Origin: an uncultured Nitrososphaerales archaeon
GTDB taxonomy: Archaea; Thermoproteota; Nitrososphaeria; Nitrososphaerales; Nitrososphaeraceae
Length of the DNA: 64,000 nt
Direction of reading: 5' to 3'
Assembly: GCA_963709405.1 (NCBI GenBank)
Contig: CAVPXM010000061.1
Span: forward strand, 46,423 to 110,422
A program made the translations under genes and the position numbers. Shown here piece by piece: positions 12,150 to 21,920 of the stretch. The notes under the pieces were generated by a model. It saw only the letters and a program-made list of their open reading frames with translations, searched no databases and was not told the DNA's origin. Numbering within the stretch: the first letter of the stretch is position 1; the number at the start of each line of letters is the position of its first letter.

Positions 12150-12270
12150 CACCAATTATAACCACTCCCATTGCTGCCATAAGTGCTGCAAAGCTTTCAA
12201 CTTTATGATATCCAAAATGGGACCATCTTTATTTCAGAAGTATTATCAAAGGAGCAATGTGAAGCTCCTA
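12150..12270 (-). pseudogene. Cation diffusion facilitator (CDF) fragment
   Basis: Manual translation HFGYHKVESFAALMAAMGVVIIG matches the CDF TM2-TM3 loop signature. Confidence 0.6.
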
Positions 12271-12276
12271 GTCTAG

Positions 12277-12329
12277 CATGAAATCGCTAGCGATATCTAC
12301 TACCTATATCGTAATAAGTTAACAGGGCC
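12277..12329. mobile_element. Right half of an IS6-type MITE (related to 55630-55730)
   Basis: CATGAAATCGCTAGCGATATCTA ... TAAGTTAACAGGGC shared with 55680-55729. Confidence 0.7.
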
Positions 12330-12375
12330 GACTGAAACAAACATAAGCTCCACTATAAAGAATATTAATCTAAAA

Positions 12376-13062
12376 GTGTTAATAAGTAGCTGGAACATGT
12401 ACATATATGTGATGGCTAGTAATAGATTTGTTGTCGTAATAGGTATGTGTGTTATCATCATAAGCGGGATTGTTTATGTTACATCTCTGGGTAATAATAA
12501 TAATAAATTCATGGTTTTTGCACAAGTGAATTCACAAGAAAAATCAAGCGCAATAATATTAAATTCTGCCAATGGTATGAACAGTAACCCACTTAATGCG
12601 GCTGTAAATAGTTTGAATTTTACTAGCGCAGCAGGAAACATTGCAAGTTTACAAAATAATGCGAGTGGTAGACAAGCATGGCTACTTTCAGGTACATGGG
12701 AGATGTTAGTATTCAAACCAAGGTTTGAAGAAAATAAAATAAAACCACCCACAGTTACTTTCGATTCTATATTTGACATGGTGCGCTTAAATGGGGCAGC
12801 AAAACACGGACATACAATATCTTTGTCAGATTTCAATCTAACTAGTGTCAATAATTTTATGAATAGCACTGATCATGTGTCAAGGAGTACATTTAACGGC
12901 ACATCTAAAATAACTATGCAAGGCAGTTCACAGAATAATGTGCCAACTAGCATAAAGATAATGGATGAAGGTACAATAAGCTTGTGGATTGATCCAAGCA
13001 AGATTAACAACCACTTTGGAAATACCCCAATATATGGCATAATATCGAAGCTATCAGGTTAG
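12376..13062 (+). CDS. Secreted hypothetical protein, thaumarchaeal type
   Basis: N-terminal TM/signal; GNIASLQN..WLLSGTW, MVRLNGAAKHGHTI, ISLWIDPSKINNHFGNTPIYG. Confidence 0.75.
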   Translation: MLISSWNMYIYVMASNRFVVVIGMCVIIISGIVYVTSLGNNNNKFMVFAQVNSQEKSSAIILNSANGMNSNPLNAAVNSLNFTSAAGNIASLQNNASGRQAWLLSGTWEMLVFKPRFEENKIKPPTVTFDSIFDMVRLNGAAKHGHTISLSDFNLTSVNNFMNSTDHVSRSTFNGTSKITMQGSSQNNVPTSIKIMDEGTISLWIDPSKINNHFGNTPIYGIISKLSG

Positions 13063-13064
13063 TA

Positions 13065-13204
13065 AGCTCTGTAAAGTTAAGATATTTTCTCCTTGCTATA
13101 ACGATATGCAACTAGATTTAACCATTTTTGTACGTGCTTCAACTTGCAATTTTTCTTTCTAGATGGAAAATAATCGTCAAAACATTCAGTTCTATCCTTT
13201 ATGT
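13065..13204 (-). mobile_element. IS6-family right-end remnant
   Basis: TIR GCTCTGTAAAGTTAAG followed by reverse-strand IKDRTECFDDYFPSRKKNCKLKHVQKWLNL. Confidence 0.8.
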
Positions 13205-13285
13205 TGTTTTATTTTTGCTATTTATATCGCTTCTATACAAAATATTGACAAAACATAATGGAAATTAATTTAAAGTAGCAGTTAA

Positions 13286-13849
13286 TTGTATATTGATGAT
13301 AGAAGATTGAATATCGATAGTGCAGCAATAATAACTCTAACAATGACTTCTGTTGCTGCTATTGTCATTGGAACATTGACATTGACATCTATACCAGAGA
13401 CGATAATGCCGGGAATGAATAACGGTTATTCACATATTGCTGGAGCTCAATTGCAAAATCCTACTTCATCGATGTCAACAACATTAAAGAACCAGATCAA
13501 TACAACAGCTTTTTTAGGAGCTCCAACTAATAAGACAATTTATTTATTTTCATCAAAACATCAAGACGTTAATGAAACACAATTACTAATTCCATCAGAT
13601 TCATTTTCTCCCTCTGAGATATCAGTCAATAAAGGTGATACTGTAAATATAGTCTTCTATAATCTTGAACAACCACCAAAAGGCGATAGACATTCGTTCA
13701 CAATTGGCACACCATACAGCATAGACAAGGATTTGGCACCAGGACAACACGCTACAATTACTTTTAAAGCAACCGAAGGTGGTGTCTTCCAGTTCTTTTG
13801 CAAATACCATCAACCAACTATGAGGGGAGACTTCATAGTATTACCATGA
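13286..13849 (+). CDS. Secreted cupredoxin (type 1 copper) domain protein
   Basis: FSPSEISVNKGDTV, HSFTI and FFCKYHQPTMRG supply the His/Cys/His/Met ligands; N-terminal TM. Confidence 0.85.
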   Translation: MYIDDRRLNIDSAAIITLTMTSVAAIVIGTLTLTSIPETIMPGMNNGYSHIAGAQLQNPTSSMSTTLKNQINTTAFLGAPTNKTIYLFSSKHQDVNETQLLIPSDSFSPSEISVNKGDTVNIVFYNLEQPPKGDRHSFTIGTPYSIDKDLAPGQHATITFKATEGGVFQFFCKYHQPTMRGDFIVLP

Positions 13850-13868
13850 TGAGATAATAGATCGTAGC

Positions 13869-14165
13869 TCAATTCTCAGCATACTTAGCATTTATAGTGT
13901 TATTTAAATCCGCGCCCATCAGACCAAGTACTTTTTCAAGGCCTTCTTTTGTTATATTAATTAATACAAAATCTGCACCACTGACCTTCATAGCGATCTT
14001 AATCAGATTCAAACTCTCTAATTGATATAAGTAATTGTAGACTTCGTCCTTAGGTAGATGACTATTCTCTATAACCTTCGTATCATGTACAAGATTAGTG
14101 TTATTACCGTTTGTCTTCTCTGCAACAATGTTGAGAATTTTCATCATTCCATCGCTTATTGACAT
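13869..14165 (-). CDS. Small winged-helix protein
   Basis: SHLPKDEVYNYLYQLESLNLIKI..LINITKEGLE wHTH pattern. Confidence 0.6.
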   Translation of the reverse strand: MSISDGMMKILNIVAEKTNGNNTNLVHDTKVIENSHLPKDEVYNYLYQLESLNLIKIAMKVSGADFVLINITKEGLEKVLGLMGADLNNTINAKYAEN

Positions 14166-14579
14166 TGGGTTTAAATGGCCTTTAAGCGCTGCTTAATCTT
14201 TTGGTATTAGAAGTTATAATGCAGGATACTTTCATTTCTGAATTATCTCAAACTTTGTACCATAATAAGGACAGAATTTTATGACATAGATATATGGTAC
14301 AGTTTCGAATCAGACACAAATATTTCCAGCATCATCAATACCCTTTCTGTCGATGGGCTTCAGTATTCCTTGCGAACGAAACTTTTCATCAGCAATATGT
14401 CATAAGTAGGTCAATATACCAAACAGCAATCAACAGGATAAAGACACAAATTTGTATTACTATCGTAGATACCAAAATCATATCCTAGAAAAATTCTTCA
14501 TAAATAAACTTCAAAGCAATTAACATGAATAGGCCGATAAAGTGCATTGAAAAATAAGCTCCTTTTTCAATCTAGTAAA

Positions 14580-16094
14580 CTATCCACCAGCATAAGGTAT
14601 ATTCACTGTATTTGTTCCAACAATGCCTAGCATATTGGAATTCTTGGGCAGAAATAATGTGATCTCCCTATAATCTAGCTTTCCTACTCCTGCTTTTCCC
14701 CCTTGTTTTTGTTCCTGATACTGTATTGGATTTCCATTAACTAATACCTTAAACATTATGTCATTACCTTTGTTATCCCTTGCATCGAGCATAGCTCTTG
14801 GAATCCTTAATGCAAGTTCGCCTCCATCTGGTGAGCTTACCTTCATTGTTATAGCCTTTGTCTTAATATCTGCAAGCGACTCTGAGACCTGAACGTCCTG
14901 TCCATGTGCTGTAATAACTCCTATTGCTGTAGCAGCTGGAGTATCCTTTGCTATTACTGGAATTGTAGTTGATATTGCATTCGGACCTATTACAAAGACA
15001 TTATTTGCATACTTGGTAGATACATATAGTGTATGGCTAGCTGGATTAGACACTATATCTTGAGGTATTAGTTCTGTGCTGCCTCCTCCTCCTCCAACTC
15101 CAATCATATCGATAGTATTAACAATTGTATTTGTTCTGCCATCTATCTTTACAATTTTGGGCTGATCCATATAGGAAGCATAGATCATATGCTCATTATC
15201 ATCCACTGTTATAGCCTGTGCAGGAGATCCTATTGGAATCTTTGTAATTACCTTCTGTGTTGGAATATCCACAACAGTAATGTAATCAGTTCCTATGCTA
15301 GCAACGTATGCTAATTTCTTTTTGTTATCAATACCTAATCCCCAAGGAGCTGCACCAGTTGATATTGTGTTTAATATTTGATTTGTCTTTGTAGAGATAA
15401 AAGTTAATCCATCTCCAGCAAGGCTTGTAACCAATAAAATACCATTGTCAGGATCAACCTTTACGTTAATTGGATGTACCGGAACTGATATGGTTCCAAC
15501 TGCTTTATCCGTTCTTGTGTCTATTATATCAATTAGATTAGCGTTATAATTAGCTACATACAACATTCCATTGTTATGATCATAGGCCATTGACCAACCT
15601 CCTGTTATAAAGGATAATGATAGAGGACCACCATTATTTTGTTCACTGAGTGGTGGTGGGGTAAGCACAATTTCACTATTAGGTAAAGGGATTATTCTAG
15701 TTAGATTTTTTGTATTTGAATCATAAACTTCTAGTACTCCTCCTTCAAAAGGTGCTACATATAGCTTCTGTGGAATAGCTTCAACTGCCATTACTCCTGT
15801 CGTGGTACGTGTGTTAATATCACCAATAAGCTTGTTGGATGTGGTATTGATTGTTGAAACTATTGGTAAACCAAAATTAGATACGTACAGTAATTGGGAA
15901 CTGTCGGATGATAAAGATAATCCCATAGGTCTGCTTGGGGTAGGTATCTGAGCAATGATATGATGTGCGTATGCCATGTGCCTGCTGGAGAAGTTGTTGT
16001 TATTAAATGATGCCATTACTACTGCCGCTGTCACAATAATGATTACAACCAAAACAGCCAGAATAAAGTTGGTTCTCTCATTTTTCATATCCAA
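14580..16094 (-). CDS. Secreted YVTN/YncE beta-propeller protein with PEFG-like C-terminal domain
   Basis: Repeated LYVSN/LYVAN/AYVAS..IDT..V..I.V..P blades; C-terminal GELALRIPRAMLDA..FKVLVNG..REITL..IVGT. Confidence 0.85.
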   Translation of the reverse strand: MDMKNERTNFILAVLVVIIIVTAAVVMASFNNNNFSSRHMAYAHHIIAQIPTPSRPMGLSLSSDSSQLLYVSNFGLPIVSTINTTSNKLIGDINTRTTTGVMAVEAIPQKLYVAPFEGGVLEVYDSNTKNLTRIIPLPNSEIVLTPPPLSEQNNGGPLSLSFITGGWSMAYDHNNGMLYVANYNANLIDIIDTRTDKAVGTISVPVHPINVKVDPDNGILLVTSLAGDGLTFISTKTNQILNTISTGAAPWGLGIDNKKKLAYVASIGTDYITVVDIPTQKVITKIPIGSPAQAITVDDNEHMIYASYMDQPKIVKIDGRTNTIVNTIDMIGVGGGGGSTELIPQDIVSNPASHTLYVSTKYANNVFVIGPNAISTTIPVIAKDTPAATAIGVITAHGQDVQVSESLADIKTKAITMKVSSPDGGELALRIPRAMLDARDNKGNDIMFKVLVNGNPIQYQEQKQGGKAGVGKLDYREITLFLPKNSNMLGIVGTNTVNIPYAGG

Positions 16095-17324
16095 ATATCA
16101 GATGCTGTATTATCCATCCTTCTACCATTTATTGTTATTCTTATTTTGGAATCAAAAGATATCATATATTCGGTTTGAGAAGCATTATAACCTCTATCCA
16201 TGAAAGTGTCATATTCTATATGTTATTTCTTTTGTTTTTTATTCTCCTTCCAATCAGTTGAGAAAATGATCAGTAGTCTAGCAGATTGTCTAATCACAAA
16301 TACGAGATTATTCATGCTGACACTCAGGATGAAAGAGGGCTTGAGCTCTATGTACGACATCACTTGTAAAAGGCCTCAATTTGAGATTAATCTGACTATG
16401 GAAGTTCAGAATCAGAATACACCCAGCTAAGTATTAGAATTGAATTTTCTATTCTCTTCTTTGCTAGATACGGAAAATATTTTGCGGAAACCATGGTGTC
16501 ATGATCAATCTTCTTAATACAGAAAGGATCATCTGGCAAATAAAAATCTATATTTAAAATAATGAAAATAAGATAAGCTACCAACTAGGAGTTTGTGATC
16601 AAGATATGTTGGGAGATTAAATTGGTGAAGACAAAGCACAAGTCGAAGGATATTAGACATTCAAGATGAGATACCAAAAATGGAAACTTCTTTCCCTACA
16701 ATTTGAGATTTTAAAGACGTAGAAACTACCTAGACAGGGACGTAATGCTCCACTCCAAAGCCTAGTGGAGGAATATACTGCCAAGGTCAAGAACTGTTAA
16801 TGAGGACAGATGAACAGATGTAGAAATACAGCTCTGAATATCCTCATTAATTTCAAAGTTAAAGGTTTTTACAAAACTCAATTAAAGCAAAAGTGAACTA
16901 TTAGGTACCAGGCCATTTCTGTTGACTAGAATCTGTTTTGTTGGTGATGGCCTTATTTTTTAACAGATTAACTAGAGCACTATCTCCTTTTGTTCGACTA
17001 CAGAAAGACCTAGTAGGTTATCTGATGTATTTATTTGTACATACTGTGTGTGTTTATAGCTCTGTTACTTATGGTTGCTGTCTTCTCTCGATTTCCTGTT
17101 ATTGTTGGAAGATAAGACTTAGTAATGGAATTTGAAAGACTTGAATGCGAGTTTAGGTGGATTTTTAAGCTTATCGTGATGCAAATCATCTAAAATTCTC
17201 ATATGTGAGCGAGTTCACTCCAAATAGAATGAGTTATTAAATATCTTAAAAACCTAATAAATATTATTAGGAACTAAAAAGATTATTTATTATTTAAGCA
17301 TATTAACTGATAAAGAGGCTCTTC

Positions 17325-18006
17325 GGCTCTGTAAAGTTAAGATAACAAATTATTGTTATGATGACTAACAAATAGATCCAACCATTTTTGTATGTGTTGC
17401 AATTTACACTTACTTTTTCTACAAGGAAAATAATCATCGAAATATTCTGTTCTATCTTTGATGTATTGTACCGTCCTTTCTATGATACTTTTCTCATATG
17501 GAGAATGGATGTGATGGTGCAGTCTCAAGAATCTACAAGCCTGTGGATACCATGTACCTCCATCAGTTGAAACAGGATAGATGTTCTCCATATCTTTTTA
17601 CAAGGTTTAATATAAAACGTTCTGCAACAAACATGTTTCTCTCTTTTGATATGCTTATTTGAAGGATTTCTCGGTTATCATTCATTTTCAATGGCTATCC
17701 ATAACCAGATATATTCGGAACCAACTTTAATGATAGTTTCATCAATTATAAATTCAGTAATACGTATCTATCTTTCTGGAACTTAACATCTCTGGTTTAT
17801 ATTTTTGAATCCAGTCTCTGATGGCAGTATGACTTCTTTTAACAAATCTAGACACAGCTTTGGAAGTATTTCTTAATGAAAGACCAAGGAAATACAGATA
17901 CAGAGAATATGCTATATCCTCAGGTTCTGTTCTCTTTCTTATTTGACACATCATAACCTATATCGGAGTCATAAAGCTATAGATTTTTCCTTAACTTTAC
18001 AGAGCC
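17325..18006 (-). mobile_element. IS6-family element, 682 bp, defective transposase
   Basis: Perfect TIR GGCTCTGTAAAGTTAAG at both ends. Motifs LYLYFLGLSLR, IDET, STDGGTWYPQAC, IERTVQYIKDRT. No TSD. Confidence 0.95.
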
Positions 18007-18327
18007 GGAAATAACGAATACTATCCAGAGCAAGTTAAATGGTTCTCAGTAAATGTAGGCAAAGAGAGACGCAGTAAGGAGATGAATATTGATATTGCAG
18101 AATATCTAGAAGAAGAAGTCAAACAGCTAATAGAAAGTGCTCCTATTTTACAAAAGAAGGCATTCCTAGCATGCATGTATGAGAGTGGCGCTCATCCTGA
18201 GAAGTTTTTAAGGCTTACCAATTTAGATATAAAATTGGATTCTAAAGTGGCTATCTTCATTCTTAGAGGAAAAACAGGAGAAAGGAGAGGGTCAAAGCAT
18301 TTTCATATGCTAAATTCCTTAAAATAG
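18007..18327 (+). pseudogene. Tyrosine recombinase/integrase fragment
   Basis: EEEVKQLIE..KKAFLACMYESGAHPEKFLRL (box I, with His at the catalytic Arg position), GKTGERR. Cut at its 5' end by IS6; box II absent. Confidence 0.75.
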
Positions 18328-18404
18328 GGTCAATAGTAACTGCAACTAATATTCCTGTCTATTATCTATTCATTACTTTCTTATTTGGTAGAATATAACA
18401 CGAA

Positions 18405-19130
18405 CTATGATTTTTTTGATATAAACATCCTTCTGAATATGAAGGCAACTATTGACGTGCCTATAAATGTAGCCGACCAATAGAGCCATAAATTGTTCAA
18501 GACTCCAGAGACGAGTGCAGGAGCTAGAGAGCGAGCAGGATTCAGTGAAGCGCCAGATATAAACGCTAGAAAGAATATATTTAGTCCAACCATACCCCCT
18601 ATAACAATACCGCTAAATCCTCTTAATCCTCTAGTATAGACAACTACAAAGATAACCGCCATTAGCATTGCAGAAGCGGCAATTTCAACTCCAATTATTA
18701 CTGGTATAGGGAATGCATAATTTGGAGCATTTGCTCCTAGGTTGGCCTCACTACCTATTGCAAATTTTACAAAAATACTCCCAAGTAAGGCACCTATTAT
18801 CTCTGCCGAAAAGTAATAAAATAACTGGATTCTTGTTATATGTTTAGTAATAAGAAACCCTAATGTCACAGCAGGATTGAAATGAGCCATAGATATCTTT
18901 CCAAATAAGTAGACTCCTACAGCAACTCCTATAAATGGAGCAAATGCAATGAAAGGGATACCTAATATTCCGTTTAATCTGGCGTTAATTACCACTGAAC
19001 CTGTTGCAAGAACTACTACAATGAATGTGCCAATAATTTCTGCAAAAAATATTCTTTGGTTAGGAGTTAATCTATTTGTTATCTTCGTCAGTGTTTTCTG
19101 TTCCAATCTTAGAGACACAAAATCAATCAA
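18405..19130 (-). CDS. MIP family aquaporin, probable As(III)/methyl-As channel
   Basis: AHFNPAVT and GASLNPARS double NPA motifs; last gene of the arsM-arsC operon. Confidence 0.9.
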   Translation of the reverse strand: MIDFVSLRLEQKTLTKITNRLTPNQRIFFAEIIGTFIVVVLATGSVVINARLNGILGIPFIAFAPFIGVAVGVYLFGKISMAHFNPAVTLGFLITKHITRIQLFYYFSAEIIGALLGSIFVKFAIGSEANLGANAPNYAFPIPVIIGVEIAASAMLMAVIFVVVYTRGLRGFSGIVIGGMVGLNIFFLAFISGASLNPARSLAPALVSGVLNNLWLYWSATFIGTSIVAFIFRRMFISKKS

Positions 19131-19185
19131 TCAATCAATCAATCAATCAGGTCGAAACTGTGGATTAATAAAGATGTGATATCTA

Positions 19186-19632
19186 TCAGTCAACATCTTT
19201 AGGTAGGCTTGCAGTCAATTCCTTTACTCTCTCTTCAATCTCATCTCTAATTTCTCTTACTTTTTCTATTGATTTACCCTTTGGATCTTCTATTCCCCAG
19301 TCTACAAGATTGGGGACGAACATAGTAGGGCACCAGTCCTTTTCCATACATCCCATATTCACGATCTTGGTAGAGTTTCTCATCATGTCTTCAGTCATAT
19401 CTTTAGGTCTTTGCTTGTTGATGTCTATTCCTACTTCCTTCATTGGTTGAATTGCAATTGGATTTATTTCTGAAGTGGGTTTGGTTCCAGCACTTAATGG
19501 TTCATAGCCTTCGGGAGCATATTTTCTAAAGAATCCTTCAGCCATCTGACTTCTGGCGGCATTTTGTATACATACAAATAGAATTGTGTGCGTTGCCTTT
19601 GATTTACTACTACTGCCAAATGAAAATTTCAT
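19186..19632 (-). CDS. arsC: Arsenate reductase (thioredoxin-dependent)
   Basis: LFVCIQNAARSQMAEG, MGCMEKDWCP, DWGIEDP; ars operon context. Confidence 0.92.
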   Translation of the reverse strand: MKFSFGSSSKSKATHTILFVCIQNAARSQMAEGFFRKYAPEGYEPLSAGTKPTSEINPIAIQPMKEVGIDINKQRPKDMTEDMMRNSTKIVNMGCMEKDWCPTMFVPNLVDWGIEDPKGKSIEKVREIRDEIEERVKELTASLPKDVD

Positions 19633-19659
19633 AATCCAAATTCTCCTCTTCTTCAGATC

Positions 19660-20466
19660 TTACTGCTTTACTGCTTTTATTACCAAACTCGTAATTCTTC
19701 TGCCTTCCACACTATCCCCGTCCAGATACAATTTCTCTTCCAATACTTCTACATCTGAAAATCCTGCTCTTCTAATACTATCAAGATAGTTTTCTTTTGT
19801 TAATGCACCATCTATACAACTACACCACTTGTCAGGATCGATTGATTTTTTATCTATCTCCTTATCTGTTACCAAATCTGAAATTATCATTCTACCGATT
19901 CCGTTGGGTTTAAGAATTCTGTATACCTCTTTGAATGTGTTAACTTTATTAATTGTCAGATTAATAACACAATTGCTAATAACAACATCTATACTATTAT
20001 CTTCTACAGGTATTCTTGTTTCTATGTCTCCTTTTCTAAACTCTACATTCACATAACCATTTTCTTTCGCATTGTTCCTTGCTTTTTCTAACATTTCGTC
20101 TGTCATATCAATACCAATTACTTTACCCATTTTTCCAACTCGATTTGCTGATAAAAATACATCAATTCCAGCCCCAGAACCTAGATCCACTACTATATCA
20201 CCCTCTTTAATATGTGCAAACTTTGTTGGAGCACCACATCCAACTCCAAGAATGGAAGATTCTGGAATTGATTCTAGTTCATTTGTGTCGTATCCAATTA
20301 TTTTTGCAGATTGTATAGGCGAGGCAGATGTATTATGATCATTTTTATTATTATCGTCATCTACTTGACAACATTCTCCAGGCATACAACAAGAATCAAC
20401 GTTACTTAATAATGCTATCTTTCCATATCTTTCTTTGACTTTTTCTTTAATATCTTGTTTATACAT
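19660..20466 (-). CDS. arsM: Arsenite S-adenosylmethionine methyltransferase
   Basis: VKERYGKIA, SCC..CC, LGVGCGAP, VDLGSGAGIDVF, GIDMTDEML, ISNCVINL, WCSCIDGAL. Confidence 0.93.
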   Translation of the reverse strand: MYKQDIKEKVKERYGKIALLSNVDSCCMPGECCQVDDDNNKNDHNTSASPIQSAKIIGYDTNELESIPESSILGVGCGAPTKFAHIKEGDIVVDLGSGAGIDVFLSANRVGKMGKVIGIDMTDEMLEKARNNAKENGYVNVEFRKGDIETRIPVEDNSIDVVISNCVINLTINKVNTFKEVYRILKPNGIGRMIISDLVTDKEIDKKSIDPDKWCSCIDGALTKENYLDSIRRAGFSDVEVLEEKLYLDGDSVEGRRITSLVIKAVKQ

Positions 20467-20470
20467 GCCA

Positions 20471-20501
20471 GTAAGATATGTTTACAAGAGAAACTATTTA
20501 A
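20471..20501. promoter_or_regulatory. arsM promoter with candidate operator GTAAG-N5-TTTAC
   Basis: Imperfect palindrome at 20471-20485, between the arsM ATG (20466) and a TATA-like TTAAATA (reverse of 20495-20501). Confidence 0.45.
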
Positions 20502-20536
20502 GTTGTCAAGAGAAGTCTAGTAAAGTAAGTGTAGTT

Positions 20537-20954
20537 ATGGAAACAAAAGGGAACAGAAAAAGGAGAAGAGCAAGTTCAGCAAGAAACAAGAACAGAATTA
20601 CCAGTTGTTGAAGATATAGAAAATTGCGATTTTCATGGATATGATGCTGATACACTTATGAAAGAGACTGCTAAACTACGTAAAATAATTACAAAGAGAG
20701 GAACTCTTGAAATACTAATCCCATTATGCTGCACTACCACACCTGTTAGATATCTAAAATTCAGAAATACCTTGAAGGGTTTTAGTAGCAAGACTTTAGC
20801 GAAAAGGCTAAAGGAACTTGATGAAAGTGGAATTCTAGAAAGACAAGCATATAACGAAATCCCACCAAGAGTGGAATATAGATTAACAAATAAAGGACAA
20901 GAGTTGGTAGAATCTGTCATTTATCTATTAAATTGGATGAGAAAATGGGCATAG
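20537..20954 (+). CDS. HxlR/DUF24-family winged-helix regulator divergent from arsM
   Basis: GFSSKTLAKRLKELDESGILERQAYNEIPPRVEYRLTNKG. The frame stays open upstream of 20658 (..EDIENCDFHGYDADTL), and an ATG at 20537 is one base out of frame. Confidence 0.85.
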
Positions 20955-21436
20955 AACCATGGTATAAAATAGTGGCATAAGTAAATAGACTTGAATCTAA
21001 AAACTCAGATTTATTGGATAATGGCTAGAAAAATATCACAAAATGATAATAAGAGAGATTTACAGCCCGCAGAGACATGAACATATCAGTTTGAAATATG
21101 TGATAATAGGATATTCTCAATATTCTTATGCTGGAATAATATGATATATTATGTCATATGATCTGTCGTAAGCATGATCATTTATCTCTAGCAATCAGCC
21201 GAAGGTAATAACGTCATGGTTCACGTCTGTCTATTTGGATTTTCCAGTTGAGTGGGTACCATCTTGTAGTGAATTGGAGATAAGTTCGACTCTTCAATCA
21301 CTTACTTTGTAAGAGCACGCGTTGTAATAGATAACATCTAAAAATTTGACAAGTGCATTACAGAGTATTATATTATTCCGTTCATCAGTATCTAGGTACC
21401 ATAATACTTTTCTAGCCCTCATCAATTAACTAATCT

Positions 21437-21808
21437 ATGGTTGGAGACAAACTGACGTTACCATTCGAGGTGGCTTACTCTGAAAAGCCAAGCGACAAGC
21501 CAAAAGGTATGAAGAGACTCGCAGTTATTCTGAAGCCAGAAAATGTTGATGAGATTATCTCATCAATTAAAGAAATTGGTCTTGAAGCAACAATTTATGA
21601 CGTAAAGGGGGCAGGAAAAGATAAGGAAAGAGTTGCATCAGGTAGGGGAAGTGGCACGTTTGAGCTTGCATATACTACAAGAAAAGTTGTGGCTACAGTA
21701 GTAAAGTCTGATAATGTCAATGCGGTTGTAGAAAGAATGAAAAAAGCTATTGCAGGCGAGAAGGCAGTTGTCATGATTTCACCAGTTGATGATCTAGTAT
21801 TGGTCTAA
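21437..21808 (+). CDS. P-II family nitrogen regulator-like protein (non-canonical)
   Basis: MKRLAVILKPENVDEI, TIYDVKGAGK, SGRGS, VMISPVDD. Confidence 0.8.
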   Translation: MVGDKLTLPFEVAYSEKPSDKPKGMKRLAVILKPENVDEIISSIKEIGLEATIYDVKGAGKDKERVASGRGSGTFELAYTTRKVVATVVKSDNVNAVVERMKKAIAGEKAVVMISPVDDLVLV

Positions 21809-21920
21809 GATGCAGGGCGAGAGGTGCCACTTTTGTTATCTAGCGTCAACTGATGGTACACGTGCATAAATCATACACGCCTAACTTTTGTGTTGTATAA
21901 ATACTCTATTTCAGTATGGC

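Noticed and set aside
13065-18006. Directly oriented IS6 ends enclosing the cupredoxin and YVTN genes as a transposon
   Set aside because: The outer 8-bp flanks GGTTAGTA and GGAAATAA do not match.
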